From an uncultured Hyphomicrobiales bacterium (GTDB lineage Bacteria > Bacteroidota > Ignavibacteria > Kapaibacteriales > UBA2268), in the NCBI GenBank assembly GCA_964499465.1, contig CAZCLJ010000003.1, forward strand, positions 1 to 49,748: a DNA stretch of 49,748 bases, read 5' to 3'. Below are positions 34,866-46,600 of the stretch, one piece after another. The notes beneath the pieces are model-generated. The model saw nothing but the letters and a program-made list of their open reading frames with translations, was not told the DNA's origin and did no database searches. The position numbers were made by a program, and so were the translations under genes. Within the stretch, counting starts at the first letter, position 1, and each line of letters starts with the position of its first letter.

Positions 34866-36246
34866 AAAATTAATATCGAAATACTTAGATAGCAACTTAA
34901 CTAATGAAGAAGATGCAATTCTTCGTTATGCTATCAACAATGACTTAAAAGCAAAGAATGCTTTTGAGCAGTCAGTTCATATTTTTTCTATTATGAAAAA
35001 AGATGCCCGTGAAATAAGAGTTCCCAAAAAACTCTTATCAAATACTGAAGATATCATTATGATGAAATATATTGATAGCGCCAATGTTCACATTAAAGCT
35101 ATTCCGGTTAAACGAAATTATAAATATGCTTATAATTTGATTGCTGCCTCAGTATGTTTCCTTTTCATCAATCTGTTTTTTATCTCTGATTTAAAATATA
35201 ATCCAACGATGAATAATGTTGATTCAGAAACCACTCCAGCTTATAAATATAATACTATAGAATTGTCAGATGATTTATTATTAAATAATGCACATGTTAT
35301 TTCTAATGAAAAGAAAACTGAAAAAAACTACAATCAAAAAGTTAATAATGAAATTAAATCAAACGAAACAACTTCATTCAATGATTTAGCCAACAATGAC
35401 AAAGTACTTTCTGAAATAAACAACAATACATACGAAGGAAATGATTTAGAAAATATGATTACATATCCCAGCACAGTATTAAACTCAATAGAAGTTGGAA
35501 ATACAAATACAAAATATACTGATAATCAGGAAAACGTTGAATTTCAGTTTTTACAACCAGTTGAAGAAACTGTATTACCTGATAACATTTTATTGAGTAA
35601 AGAAAATTACAATACATTGAATAATAAAAAAATACAGAAATCAAATTTAAATAACATTAGAGAGTTCAAATTATCTACAAATGCAATCAACATAAGTTCA
35701 TTTTTTGGTACAGATATAATACGTAGCGGTATATCTGACGACCAGAATGCATTTATAACCAATTTTTCACAAAGTGTTACATATGCTATAACCAACTCAC
35801 ATAGTGTAGGAGTGGAATTTGGATATTCCAATTATGCATATAACGAAAATTTTGAATCTCAGGAATCAAAAACTAACAAAATAAAAAATTCATCTGGAAC
35901 AATATTTGAAGTAAATGATTTAAGGACTTCGCCAGTTGAATTTAACTACAAATCATTATCATTCAATACAGACAAACAGATATATTGGGGAGCAGCGTAT
36001 TACGAATTATTAATGTTAGATAACAGTATTTTTTCATTACAAAGTCGGATAGGGGCTGGTTTAACAGAAGAAGGACCCCTAAGTTATGGAAGAATTTTTT
36101 CGTGCTATCGCTTATTTAAAGGTTTTAATATAACTATTGGAACTGAAGGAAGAGTATTTTACTCAAGATTCCCAGAGATTTCTCAGACCTCAAAAGAATT
36201 AAAGGCAACGTTTTCCATTATTTATGGCTTCCAAATAAATTTATAG
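34855..36246 (+). CDS. putative membrane-anchored anti-sigma factor with beta-rich periplasmic domain
   Basis: The ATG overlaps the sigma gene stop. N-terminal helical segment (LISKYLDSNLTNEEDAILR), one TM (LIAASVCFLFINLFFI), an Asn/Ser-rich linker, then an alternating beta-like C-terminus. Confidence 0.5.
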   Translation: MNTEKLISKYLDSNLTNEEDAILRYAINNDLKAKNAFEQSVHIFSIMKKDAREIRVPKKLLSNTEDIIMMKYIDSANVHIKAIPVKRNYKYAYNLIAASVCFLFINLFFISDLKYNPTMNNVDSETTPAYKYNTIELSDDLLLNNAHVISNEKKTEKNYNQKVNNEIKSNETTSFNDLANNDKVLSEINNNTYEGNDLENMITYPSTVLNSIEVGNTNTKYTDNQENVEFQFLQPVEETVLPDNILLSKENYNTLNNKKIQKSNLNNIREFKLSTNAINISSFFGTDIIRSGISDDQNAFITNFSQSVTYAITNSHSVGVEFGYSNYAYNENFESQESKTNKIKNSSGTIFEVNDLRTSPVEFNYKSLSFNTDKQIYWGAAYYELLMLDNSIFSLQSRIGAGLTEEGPLSYGRIFSCYRLFKGFNITIGTEGRVFYSRFPEISQTSKELKATFSIIYGFQINL

Positions 36247-36340
36247 GTTTGTTAAGTTCGATTGAATTTTATATGGTAAAAATGAAAAAAAATTCTTATT
36301 TTTGAAAGTTTGTAAAAATATTTTTAGAATGGAGGCATAA

Positions 36341-38317
36341 ATGAAATTATTCCAACAGTTTTTAATAGCAGTTTTCTTGTTTTCACTGCTATCATTTAGC
36401 AGTTTGCAAGCACATGAAGCAATCCAAAAAATGAACCCAAACAATTGCTACGAGTGCAAATATAAACCACTTTTAAGTGAAACAAGTCATTTTGTAAATA
36501 AGTATAAAGGCGACCAAACTTTAGTTGATGGCAATTTCGTCATTTTCGATTCGTTATCAAACGCCTTTTCGTATTTTTCAGATGACCAGCAACCCTACAT
36601 CTATGACAGAGAAACCGGAACATTGATTACTATTATTCGCGGTTACTTCAATACTACTTATGCTAAGCATAGTAATTATGCTGGCATTTTTACAAGTAAT
36701 AATCTTTTTGCAAGAACATCCAAAGATTGGGGAAATACCTGGTCAGAAGATACTAACCTTGTCTATAATGCTGGTTCTCCACAATTTAAAGATAAATGGG
36801 CAAGATATCCCAGTGTTTCCCCATATTACGTATCAGACGAAGAAACTATGGGGTTCGCTTTTACTGCTCCAATTACTACTCCTTCTGCAACAGGTAGCTG
36901 GGAAGACGGCTTCATTACCGGTCTAAGCTATGAAGGTACTACAGTTGCTACTGTTGTCAAATCAGCGATAGTTAACGGTGAAAATGTAAAATGGTATGGT
37001 TCTTCATCAAAAATGGTTACTTATGTTAATCCAGACGGTGAAGGCACCGGACTTGCTTTAGGTTTGTTAAATACAGGAAATGCAGGCGGTTACAATCATT
37101 TTGGTTTAAGAAAATCTGAAAATTTTCTAAACTGGGAAACAGTTATTCCTTCTCAATGGGCTTCAAACAAGTTTGTTCCTGCAGACCCTGATACTACAAG
37201 GAACTCTTCTTTGATTGACTTAAAGAAAGCCCAAGACGGTAAACTTTATATGGCTAATTTCGCAGTTTTTAATGCAAATGACATTACTAACCGCGCATCT
37301 GTGGGTGTTTCTGTTTCTGAAGATAAAGGCGAAACATGGACTGAATTTAATATTCTTCCTTTCAATTTAGTAAGAGAATATGCTCAGCAGCAAGGTGCAA
37401 ACCCAGACAGCGTAGCTTTCAATGCTAACTGCGATTTTACTCTTCTTGATAACGGTGATTATTCTTTTGCTATGTATTTAAGAGAATATAACGATTCACG
37501 CGAATTCGATTCTTTAAATATTATGCAAATTGTTGAAGTTTATTGGGAAAATGGTGCTTGGGGTATCAGAAAAGTTGCTGACCTTACTGGACTTTGGGTT
37601 CCTTATTACGATGAAGACAACGACACTCAAGCTTCAATGTCAAATAATCAATTGAGAAATGAAATTCAGATTACACGCACTCTTGACGGAACTAATTTAG
37701 TTATTAAGTGGGTCGATTTGATTGGAGTTTCTCATAACTGGGAAGAAAGTACTTTTACATGGCAAACAAGCGATATTTTCAGTTCAGGAAGAACTGTTGG
37801 GACGTCAAATTGGACTGAAGCTAAGAATTTAACTAATACTCCAGAAGTTGACAGAGTTACCTGGATACCGGATTTTATTCCAAATGATTTAACTCTTCCT
37901 ATTTTAAAAGTTAAAACAATGGCTATTGATGGTGAAACTGCAGATGAAGCAAAATTCAGACAAATGCACAACCAAGGTGAAGAATATGAACAACACGTAA
38001 TGTTGGGACATTTTGCTCCTGTTTCTGTTAATGAACAAAATAGTGCTATTGTAAATAAAGTTGATATTAGTGGAATTTATCCTAATCCTGCAAGCGAAAA
38101 AGCAAATATTGATTTTACTTTGACTGCAAGCGGCAACATAACAATAGACATTTATAATGTATTCGGTCAATTAGTTGCAAATGTTTATGATAGATTTATT
38201 AATGATGGTTTCAATTCAATAAACATTAATACTAAAGATTTGCCAACCGGTGCATATTTCATTACATTACGTACAGCTAATGAAAGCGTTACAAAGCAAT
38301 TGAATGTTATTAGATAA
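36341..38317 (+). CDS. BNR/Asp-box beta-propeller protein with T9SS C-terminal sorting domain
   Basis: GGAGG lies 6 nt upstream and a signal peptide is present. Asp-boxes SKDWGNTWSE and SEDKGETWTE. CTD IYPNPASEKANIDFTL..GNITIDIYNVFGQLV...GAYFITLRT. Confidence 0.7.
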   Translation: MKLFQQFLIAVFLFSLLSFSSLQAHEAIQKMNPNNCYECKYKPLLSETSHFVNKYKGDQTLVDGNFVIFDSLSNAFSYFSDDQQPYIYDRETGTLITIIRGYFNTTYAKHSNYAGIFTSNNLFARTSKDWGNTWSEDTNLVYNAGSPQFKDKWARYPSVSPYYVSDEETMGFAFTAPITTPSATGSWEDGFITGLSYEGTTVATVVKSAIVNGENVKWYGSSSKMVTYVNPDGEGTGLALGLLNTGNAGGYNHFGLRKSENFLNWETVIPSQWASNKFVPADPDTTRNSSLIDLKKAQDGKLYMANFAVFNANDITNRASVGVSVSEDKGETWTEFNILPFNLVREYAQQQGANPDSVAFNANCDFTLLDNGDYSFAMYLREYNDSREFDSLNIMQIVEVYWENGAWGIRKVADLTGLWVPYYDEDNDTQASMSNNQLRNEIQITRTLDGTNLVIKWVDLIGVSHNWEESTFTWQTSDIFSSGRTVGTSNWTEAKNLTNTPEVDRVTWIPDFIPNDLTLPILKVKTMAIDGETADEAKFRQMHNQGEEYEQHVMLGHFAPVSVNEQNSAIVNKVDISGIYPNPASEKANIDFTLTASGNITIDIYNVFGQLVANVYDRFINDGFNSININTKDLPTGAYFITLRTANESVTKQLNVIR

Positions 38318-38339
38318 TTAATTTTTGTTTTAAATATTT

Positions 38340-38372
38340 TGCTCCTTCTTAACTGCCATTTAAGAAGGAGCA
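38340..38372 (+). terminator. 13-bp-stem hairpin downstream of the BNR/T9SS gene
   Basis: tgctccttcttaa-ctgccat-ttaagaaggagca. No U-tract follows on the plus strand, so its function as a terminator is uncertain. Confidence 0.35.
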
Positions 38373-38717
38373 AAAAGATTGATGATGTGTGTGAATTTAT
38401 AACAGGTATAATCTAATACTGCGATTTCTTCGTTTCATAAATCGCATATTATATTGCTATGCATCTATCTTCTTATGAAAATAGAATAACTTATTCAATA
38501 TCTAAAACGTAGAAACATTAAAAAAGTTTCAAAAATAAAAAAATTTAATTTTATTTTGAAAGCAGAGAAAATATATAATGAATAAAAGAGCTAATCTCTT
38601 CATTCAAAATGAAATATAAGTTTAGTAAAAGAAACAATAATAAAACAGAGAAAATATAGAAAAATAATATACAGAATGCAATCAACAATTTTACAATATA
38701 AAGTATATAGAGGTAAT

Positions 38718-40397
38718 ATGAAACTCTCTACTATAAATATAGCTATATTAGTTTTATTAATTTGTTTTGTTGTTAGTTATTCCAATGCAGAAACAGCTAT
38801 TCAGTCTAATTCAAATAAAGAAAAGAATAGCAAAGATGAAATTCAGAGAACTTATAATTATGGTCAATATGGGACTGATTTACAAAGAAATACTGTGAGT
38901 AATGTCCAGTTCTATAATACGAATTATGGAATATTTGGACACAATGTTTCGCAAAGCGTTGGTGGATTGCATTGGCCCCGCGGCTCCCAAAATCAGTATC
39001 TTTATGGTGGTGGAATTTGGTTCGCTGCCCAAAAGATGTCTCCGGATAATTCCGGTATGAGAAATTATGTTGAGTTATCATATAATCCTAATAAAGGCAA
39101 TTCCTGGTTTGTTCCCGGCAGAATTGAAGATGGGGATACTACTATTGAAGATAATGAAGCTTATAAAAAATACAGAACATATTTTTCAACCGATTTCAGA
39201 AGTACAGATGGTGCTGCTATAAATTCAAATGAAGGACCTAACTGGCCTCTCTGGCATATTAAACCAGTAAGCGAGATTAGCACCGATTACTTTGGTTCTT
39301 ATGTAAATGATGTTAATCAAAGAAATAGAAATTCCTATCCTCAAGGACCTACCTTTTTTTCTGGAGAAGATATTTTCTGCGTGTTTAAAGATACTGATTT
39401 AAGCAGGTATGATGATGAAATAACTTATGGCTATCCCTTACATTTGCAATTTGAACAATCTATTTACACATGGTTTTCAGATGATTTAAAAGATATTGTT
39501 CTTTTAAAATATATTATTATTAATTACAGCGAAGATACTTTAAAAAACTGCTGGATTACTCCTGTTTTAGACCCTGATATTGCCTTATCATCAAACTCAA
39601 GTCAAGGTGCTATGAATGATAAAATCAGATATTATAACGAAGAGGATTCTTTAAACTTAGCAGTAGTTTGGTCTGAACACCATAATACTAACGAAAATGG
39701 TAAAGGTTTCGGATATCTTGGAGTTACATTAATTGAAACACCAGCAGTTGATGAAAATAGTTTTTTACGAAAAGACAAAACATATTATCCGGAAAATTCA
39801 CAACTTGGTTTGAAAACTTTTCGTAACTGGCCTATTGATGAGGATATAAATACTGATGATGAAAGATATAACTTTATTTCTGCCGGAATAAAAGACGGTT
39901 ACAGCGAATCCCCAGGAGATATTAGATTGGTAATGGCATCTGGACCTTTCAATATGCTTCCGGGAGATACTGCAAAAATAGTATATGCACTGGTTCTTGC
40001 TTTACCGTTTGTTCAGTATGAAGCCGACGGCACAGCAGCGGATTTAGCTGATTTAGTGCGAAAAGTAAAAGTAATTAGAAATTATTATCAAAATACTGTT
40101 ACAGGTATTGAAGAAGAATCACAAAGATTTACAAATGGATTATCAATAAAGAACATTTTCCCTAATCCAGCAAATGATTTTTGCAAAATAGAATATTATT
40201 TACCAAAATTAGAAAATGTAAGTATAGAAATAACAAATATATATGGAATGCCTGTTTTGGGCATATCGAATGAAACAGTTCAAAACGGACTGAATTCAGT
40301 AGAAATTAATACAAAGAGTTTATCTTCAGGAGCATATTTTGTAACGCTACGAACTGCAACTGAACATATATCGAAATTAATAAATATAATTAAATAA
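38718..40397 (+). CDS. T9SS-sorted surface protein sharing a ~480-aa N-terminal domain with the 1583-aa protein
   Basis: AGAGG precedes the ATG at 38718 and a signal peptide (MKLSTINIAILVLLICFVVSYSNA) follows. CTD IFPNPANDFCKIEYYL..VSIEITNIYGMPV..GAYFVTLRT. The ORF track starts at 38676. Confidence 0.7.
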   Translation: MKLSTINIAILVLLICFVVSYSNAETAIQSNSNKEKNSKDEIQRTYNYGQYGTDLQRNTVSNVQFYNTNYGIFGHNVSQSVGGLHWPRGSQNQYLYGGGIWFAAQKMSPDNSGMRNYVELSYNPNKGNSWFVPGRIEDGDTTIEDNEAYKKYRTYFSTDFRSTDGAAINSNEGPNWPLWHIKPVSEISTDYFGSYVNDVNQRNRNSYPQGPTFFSGEDIFCVFKDTDLSRYDDEITYGYPLHLQFEQSIYTWFSDDLKDIVLLKYIIINYSEDTLKNCWITPVLDPDIALSSNSSQGAMNDKIRYYNEEDSLNLAVVWSEHHNTNENGKGFGYLGVTLIETPAVDENSFLRKDKTYYPENSQLGLKTFRNWPIDEDINTDDERYNFISAGIKDGYSESPGDIRLVMASGPFNMLPGDTAKIVYALVLALPFVQYEADGTAADLADLVRKVKVIRNYYQNTVTGIEEESQRFTNGLSIKNIFPNPANDFCKIEYYLPKLENVSIEITNIYGMPVLGISNETVQNGLNSVEINTKSLSSGAYFVTLRTATEHISKLINIIK

Positions 40398-40431
40398 CAA
40401 TAGTTCTTAATAAACAACAATCGGAGTTATT

Positions 40432-43400
40432 ATGATTCGTAAAATTATGTTACTATTATTGATGGTTCTGATAGCTACGCCATTCACAATGAATGCGGCT
40501 ATCTACGGAACCTTAAAAGGAAAAGTAACAGATAAGAAAAGCGGACAACCAGTTCCGGCGGCTACAGTACTAATTACAGGGACCAAACTTGGCGGTTATG
40601 CCAACAATGACGGTCGCTTTACAATAGTCAACGTAGACCCCGGAACTTATGTAGTCCGAGTTACTGCTGTGGGGTATGCACCACTTGAACTCAAGAATGT
40701 GCGTATCAACGTTGACGAGGTTGCAGAAGTTGTAGCCCAGCTACAGGAAGAAGGAACAATGACAGAAGAGATAGTCGTTGTTGATAGACGTATGGTCGAT
40801 AATACTGCAATCGGAAAAAAGCAAAAGTTTGAATCTAAGGATTTGACTTCAATTGCCCGTGAAGGTATTCAAAGTATTGTAGCAATGAGTGCTGGAGTTT
40901 TTTCATCTGGCAATGGCTTTAATATTCGTGGTTCAAGAGCATCAGAGACGCAAATCCGTGTTGATGGTCTTGATGTTGGAAACCAGTTTACAGGTGGATT
41001 TGGTGCTTCCGGCGGTAATTATTTTCCAATGGTTAGCTCATTTGCAACTGAAGAAGTTCAGGTGTTAACTGGTGGCTTCTCTGCAGAATATGGCGATGCT
41101 ATGGGTGGTATTGTTAATACTGTAGTTAAAACAGGTTCAACTGACAATTACGAAGGTTTCCTTCGTTGGCGTACTGACTTAGATGCTCTCTGGGGTAGTC
41201 AATCCTCTGGTATAAAAATTATTCGTGAGAGCGAAGGTTCAAATTTAAAAGCTGTAAATGTTGGCGAAGGAAAAAAATTACAAGGTCCGGGCGAACATAA
41301 AATTGAATTCGGTACTGGTGGTCCTTTGCCATTCCTCGATAAATCTACTTTCTATGTATCGGGAAATTATTTTTATGAAAAATATAGAAGTAGTAATTAT
41401 GAAGTATATGACCCTATTGGAAATAATTTAGGACAAATGCCTCACAATCAATCTTGGGTAAAAAGTTTTACCGGACGCCTCAAATTCTCAATTACAAATG
41501 AAATTGATTTAACAGTAGGTGGTCAGTATGGACTTACAAATCTTGAGGGTTCAAGCTGGGGTTGGCTCTATGCAAACACTATGGGTACTACTACCGAATC
41601 TGCCAAGATTTCTGAAAGTATAGCAAAACAAGTTGTCCAGAACCAATTTGTTAACAATATGATGGTTCGTATAAACCATCGTTTATCACAAAATAGTTAT
41701 TATGAATTCACAATTTCGAAAACTGAGAATAGTGATGAGCTTTCGAAACGCGTTGGTTATGAAGACCCTGATTTTCTAAACGGTTTCGATATATATTATC
41801 CTGAAGATAATTATACTATTAGTGGAAGTGCATTAGTACAAGGTAAAAATAAAGCAATTGACGTTTACGAATTAATTACAATGGTAAGAAAAACCAGTGA
41901 TGGCAGAATAGCATACAATATGCCGACAGTAAATCCCTTGACAGGTTATGTTGAAGGAAATGCTAATACAAGTGCAACTAATAACCCTTATGGTTTGCCT
42001 TACTTATTTACAAATACAGGTAACTCAAGGAGTTTTCAATTTAGAAAAGGATTTTACTGGCAGTTAGATGGTGCATATAATTTAAGCTTAGAAGGCGGAG
42101 ACAATGGATTTTCGCATATGATTAGAACTGGATTTGAACTCAGATTCTATAATTTAAGCCGTCATCAGAACAGTTTACCTTGGGATGGTAATCCATTTTA
42201 TGATGTGTATTCCAGCGATTGGGGCGGAAATATATATGCTTTTGATAACGATAGAGTATATCAAAAAACAAGCAAACCAAACAAGCCGATGAGAGCATCA
42301 GCATATTTCCAGGACCAGATATCCTATAAAGGTATTATCATTAGCCCCGGCTTAAGATTTGATTTCTTTGACCCAAATTCATTATATAGAATTTATAACT
42401 ATAAGTTTATTTCTATTAATGAAGGTGATTCATTATTTTCAGATGCTGATATAAAATTCCAGATAAGTCCAAGATTAAATATAACTTATCCTTTAACAGA
42501 ACGTTCAAATATTTCAGTTTCTTATGGCTTATATTTCAAGATGCCCGAAATGAATTATTTATATGACGGATTCAACACTGAAAGGTTAAGAGGTAGCGCA
42601 ATTCTTGGTGCACCAAATATGGAAGCTCAAAGAACCAATGCTTATGAAGTCAATTATAGCAATCAATTAACTGATATTTTCTCTTTAAATATATCTGCTT
42701 ATTACAAAGATATATATAATCAGGTAGGTATGATTTATGTTAATGCTATACCGGACCCATATCAGCAGTATTCAATTTCTGAATATGGTAATTCAAAAGG
42801 AATTGAATTTGAAATTAGAAAACGTCCATTACCTACAGACCATTTAGGTATAACATTAAATTATACATTAGCACAGGTAATTGGTACTTCATCTTCAGCA
42901 GATGATTATTATCAGCCAAATATTGAACCATATACAGAATTACCAGCTTATCCACTAACTGAATATCCGATGTCTAATGACAGAACTCACAGATTAAATC
43001 TCGTAGTAAATTTTTCATGGGGTTCACAACAAGGACCATCAATTGGTGGTATATATCCACTTGAAAATGCTTTTATAAATCTTTCAGGATTCTTCCAATC
43101 TGGTTCACCATATACAAAGTTAAATATAGGTGGACAGCCGGTTGGCGAAATTAACTCTGAAAGAGGTCCTTCTTTTTGGAGAGCTGATTTGCGATTCCAA
43201 AAAGATTTTATGCTTAAAGACTACTTCGGTGATGGTGCCGGTAATATGGCTATTTCATTCTTTGTGGACGTAAATAATTTATTTAACAGAACTGCTATTG
43301 TTGGCTTTTATACCAGAACAGGTGACCCTGATGATGATGGTGTTAGCTTCTCAAGACCAGTTGACTATTTTGGTCCAACTTCGTTTTATAAAGAATCAAA

Positions 43401-43611
43401 TTTTGGTATCGCAGAAACTTTTGCTACCAACCAGTATGATTATCTTGGTAATCGTCTTTATAGTGAATATGCCGACCACGATAAAAATGGTATTGTTACT
43501 CAGGCAGAAAAATATGAAAGCTATGTTAATTACTTAGAAACATCTACTGCTTTTAGGGGTAATTATCAATCACCAAGGGTCGTTTATTTTGGTTTAATGT
43601 TTAGATTCTAA
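40432..43611 (+). CDS. SusC/RagA-like TonB-dependent outer-membrane barrel with CarboxypepD_reg domain
   Basis: Signal peptide. GTLKGKVTDKKSGQPVPAATVLI.GT..G..ANNDGRFTI.NV.PGTY.V.V.A.GY is the carboxypeptidase-regulatory fold. Plug motif IRGSRASETQIRVDGLDV. About 800 aa of barrel ending in ...FGLMFRF. Confidence 0.85.
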   Translation: MIRKIMLLLLMVLIATPFTMNAAIYGTLKGKVTDKKSGQPVPAATVLITGTKLGGYANNDGRFTIVNVDPGTYVVRVTAVGYAPLELKNVRINVDEVAEVVAQLQEEGTMTEEIVVVDRRMVDNTAIGKKQKFESKDLTSIAREGIQSIVAMSAGVFSSGNGFNIRGSRASETQIRVDGLDVGNQFTGGFGASGGNYFPMVSSFATEEVQVLTGGFSAEYGDAMGGIVNTVVKTGSTDNYEGFLRWRTDLDALWGSQSSGIKIIRESEGSNLKAVNVGEGKKLQGPGEHKIEFGTGGPLPFLDKSTFYVSGNYFYEKYRSSNYEVYDPIGNNLGQMPHNQSWVKSFTGRLKFSITNEIDLTVGGQYGLTNLEGSSWGWLYANTMGTTTESAKISESIAKQVVQNQFVNNMMVRINHRLSQNSYYEFTISKTENSDELSKRVGYEDPDFLNGFDIYYPEDNYTISGSALVQGKNKAIDVYELITMVRKTSDGRIAYNMPTVNPLTGYVEGNANTSATNNPYGLPYLFTNTGNSRSFQFRKGFYWQLDGAYNLSLEGGDNGFSHMIRTGFELRFYNLSRHQNSLPWDGNPFYDVYSSDWGGNIYAFDNDRVYQKTSKPNKPMRASAYFQDQISYKGIIISPGLRFDFFDPNSLYRIYNYKFISINEGDSLFSDADIKFQISPRLNITYPLTERSNISVSYGLYFKMPEMNYLYDGFNTERLRGSAILGAPNMEAQRTNAYEVNYSNQLTDIFSLNISAYYKDIYNQVGMIYVNAIPDPYQQYSISEYGNSKGIEFEIRKRPLPTDHLGITLNYTLAQVIGTSSSADDYYQPNIEPYTELPAYPLTEYPMSNDRTHRLNLVVNFSWGSQQGPSIGGIYPLENAFINLSGFFQSGSPYTKLNIGGQPVGEINSERGPSFWRADLRFQKDFMLKDYFGDGAGNMAISFFVDVNNLFNRTAIVGFYTRTGDPDDDGVSFSRPVDYFGPTSFYKESNFGIAETFATNQYDYLGNRLYSEYADHDKNGIVTQAEKYESYVNYLETSTAFRGNYQSPRVVYFGLMFRF

Positions 43612-43648
43612 TTTCTTATATTGATAACAAAGAATTCATGAGGTTAAA

Positions 43649-46600
43649 ATGATAAATAAAAAATTATTAAATTTTATTGCAATAACTTTCATTTTGTTTT
43701 TATCTGCATCGCTTATGTTTGCTGCAATAAAGAAGCAGCCAAACAAGAAAAATAGCAACAAAGCAGATGAAATTCAAAGAACGTATAGTTATGGACAATA
43801 TGGAGCTGATTTACAAAGAAATACTGTTAGTAATTTTCAGTTCTATACGACAAATTATGGTATTTTTGGCCATAATGTAAGTCAAAGTGTAGGTGGCGGA
43901 CATTGGCCACGTGGCTCTCAAAACCAGTATTTTTATGGTAGCGGTATCTGGTTTGGTGCAAGAAAAATGAGACCAGACAGTTCGGAATATAAAAACTATG
44001 TTGAAGTTACATATAATCCAAATAATGGTAGCTCCTGGATGGTGCCAGGTAGAATTGAAGATGGCGACAAAGCTATTGAGGAAACTGCTTCCCATCAGAA
44101 ATACAGAACTTATTTTTCTACTGATTTCCGTAAAGCCGACGGAACTCCTATTAAAAGTTCTGATGGACCAAACTGGCCTATATGGGATATTAGTTTAGAA
44201 GATACTCTGATGACCAACCGTTACTTTGGTCGCTATATCTATGACAATGCAACCCGCAACAGAACATTTTTCCCCAAAGGTCCAGCTTTTATTTCGGGAG
44301 AAGACATTTTCTGTGTATTCAAAGATACAGATTTAAGCAGATACGATGGTGGCGAAACAAGAAGAAAAGATGAAGGTTATCCTTTGCGTTTACAATATGA
44401 ACAAACCATCTATTCATGGGGTTTCGGCGATTACAGAGATTTTATTTTTTTACGTTATGATATTATTAATTTTAGCGATGATACCTTACTTGATTGCTGG
44501 ATGGCTCCTGTTATGGATATAGATATTGCTTTAACAAGCAACTCTCAGGCAGGTGCATCTAATGATAAAGTTAGATATTACGAAGAAGAAGATACTTTAA
44601 ACTTAGCAGTAGCTTGGTCTGAACATCCTCAAACTAGTGAAAAAGGTAAAGGTTTCGGATATTTCGGAATGGACTTCCTTGAAAGTCCTTCTGCATATCG
44701 CTGCGAAGAGGTTATTGACTCTTTAATTCAAGGTGATACTGTTAAATTCTGTGCTATGTGCATTGAACACGAATGGAGATGGGTTAAAGAATTTAACGGT
44801 AAGGATACTGTAGATGTCTGGAAAGAAGTATGTATAGATAAAATGGTATTTGACCCTGCATTAAATGGGTATTTACGTAAAGATGCCCGTTTCTTTGAGA
44901 ACAGATATCAATTAGGTCTTAAAACATTTCATAAATGGCCTATTGATGAAGACAAAACAGAAGATGACCCGAGATATATGTATATGGCTGATGGCACAAG
45001 AGATGGAGCATCTGAAAGCCCCAGTGATATTCGGGTACTTATGGCAACAGGACCTTTTACAATGCTTCCTCAGGACACAGTAAGAGTAATAGTTGGTTTA
45101 ATACTTGCTCGTCCTGCAATAAATCCCGAAGCTGACGGAAAAACTGCAGACTTAGCGGAATTAGTTCGCAAAGATAAATTTGCACAATTTGTTTATGATA
45201 ACAATTTTAGAGCTCCTATTCCTCCAGATAAGAGCATAGCATCATGGAGACCACTGAATAATGCTATTATGGTTACCTGGGATACTACGTCCGATGTTAG
45301 CTGGGATGGGTTAGAACGTGGCTTAGACTTTATGGGCTATCGTTTATACCGCGCAAGAAGAAGTAATTTGGATACTTTTGATATAGACCAAATTAGTTCA
45401 TCAGTTAACTATCCATCAGGTAAAGGACCATTTGGCTGGAAACAGGTCGCCTCATGGGAAATGCCTCTTCCTTTTAACAAATCAGTAGTTCGTGCCGGCA
45501 TTGACAGAGAAAGTCCAGACTTCCCATTGATTGATTCTTTGCTTATTGCTGGTCCAGTTTATGATTTTTCTACAAATCCACCAACTCTTGACCAATTTGC
45601 AATCAAGTTGATGAGAGTTGCCAAAGGTGTTATTTTTTATCAACCAAGTTCCTTCTACCAAAACGGAATGTTCTTTTACAATAGGAGTAAAGATACATTA
45701 ATAACTTTTTTAGATTCAATAGGTTATCTTCCAGTAATTACTAGTATTGATACTGCATTACTGACTAAACCTTGGGGAGACCATTTTATTAAATTAGTTA
45801 ATGAAAATGATTTACCATTCTATCATAATCCTTATCTTAACGTAGAAAGGGAAGATTTTGTCGTTCTTGATACTTCTGACCGCCGCAATCTAAGGGGGAA
45901 TTACTTTAAATCCAAACCTCACCATGAATTGTTTGACAGTGTTTTAATTGGAGTAATTCATTTAGACAAAGCACTTTTAAGCTATAATCCGTTACTATAT
46001 TCAAAACAGATACTTGTTATTAATGATACTATTAGTATAGATTCAATACCGGATAGAGTTAGAGATACAATTACTAAAATAGATACTATTAATATATTGG
46101 ATACTATTAATTTAAAACATACTGACAGAAGAATTGTAATTGATGGAAAGACTGTTAGAGTTATAGACCGTGCTGTTCCTCTTAACCCAATGCTTTCGAT
46201 GAGAGACACAATTCATTTGAAAGCTGTATTGGATTCTGTTTATTATTATATAAAGCACAAGATGTTTGAGAAATTAATATTCCCAGATTTCGAAAATACT
46301 GAAGTTGTTAGGAATGAAATCATTCCGAATTATATGAAGAAATTAACCAATAACAATACATTTATTGATTTGGGAGATGATAATGCTAATTACAAAATAG
46401 AATATAACGAAGACCCTGTTAAAACCGAAAAAATAATTAATAATGTCGATTATTACTATAAAGTATTAGCTTATGATGAAGGCGACTATACTCAGCCAAC
46501 AGAAGCTAAACTGAATGACGGTTCTATAGGAAGCACCAATGTTGTTACTTCTTATGCAAAAGCTGCACCAATTGGTAATAACTCTGAATTTGAAATTACT

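Noticed and set aside
36241-36444. The 67-aa minus-strand ORF spanning the gap between the anti-sigma gene and the BNR gene.
   Set aside because: It overlaps the start and signal-peptide region of the plus-strand BNR gene and the probable promoter (TAnnTTTG-like motifs at about 36244 and 36296). Its sequence is low-complexity.
38481-38512. A candidate ECF-type promoter (gaatAAC-N17-CGTag) about 200 nt upstream of the 38718 gene.
   Set aside because: It is a single loose match to a degenerate consensus in AT-rich DNA. No equivalent motif was found upstream of the sigma gene itself or of 36341.
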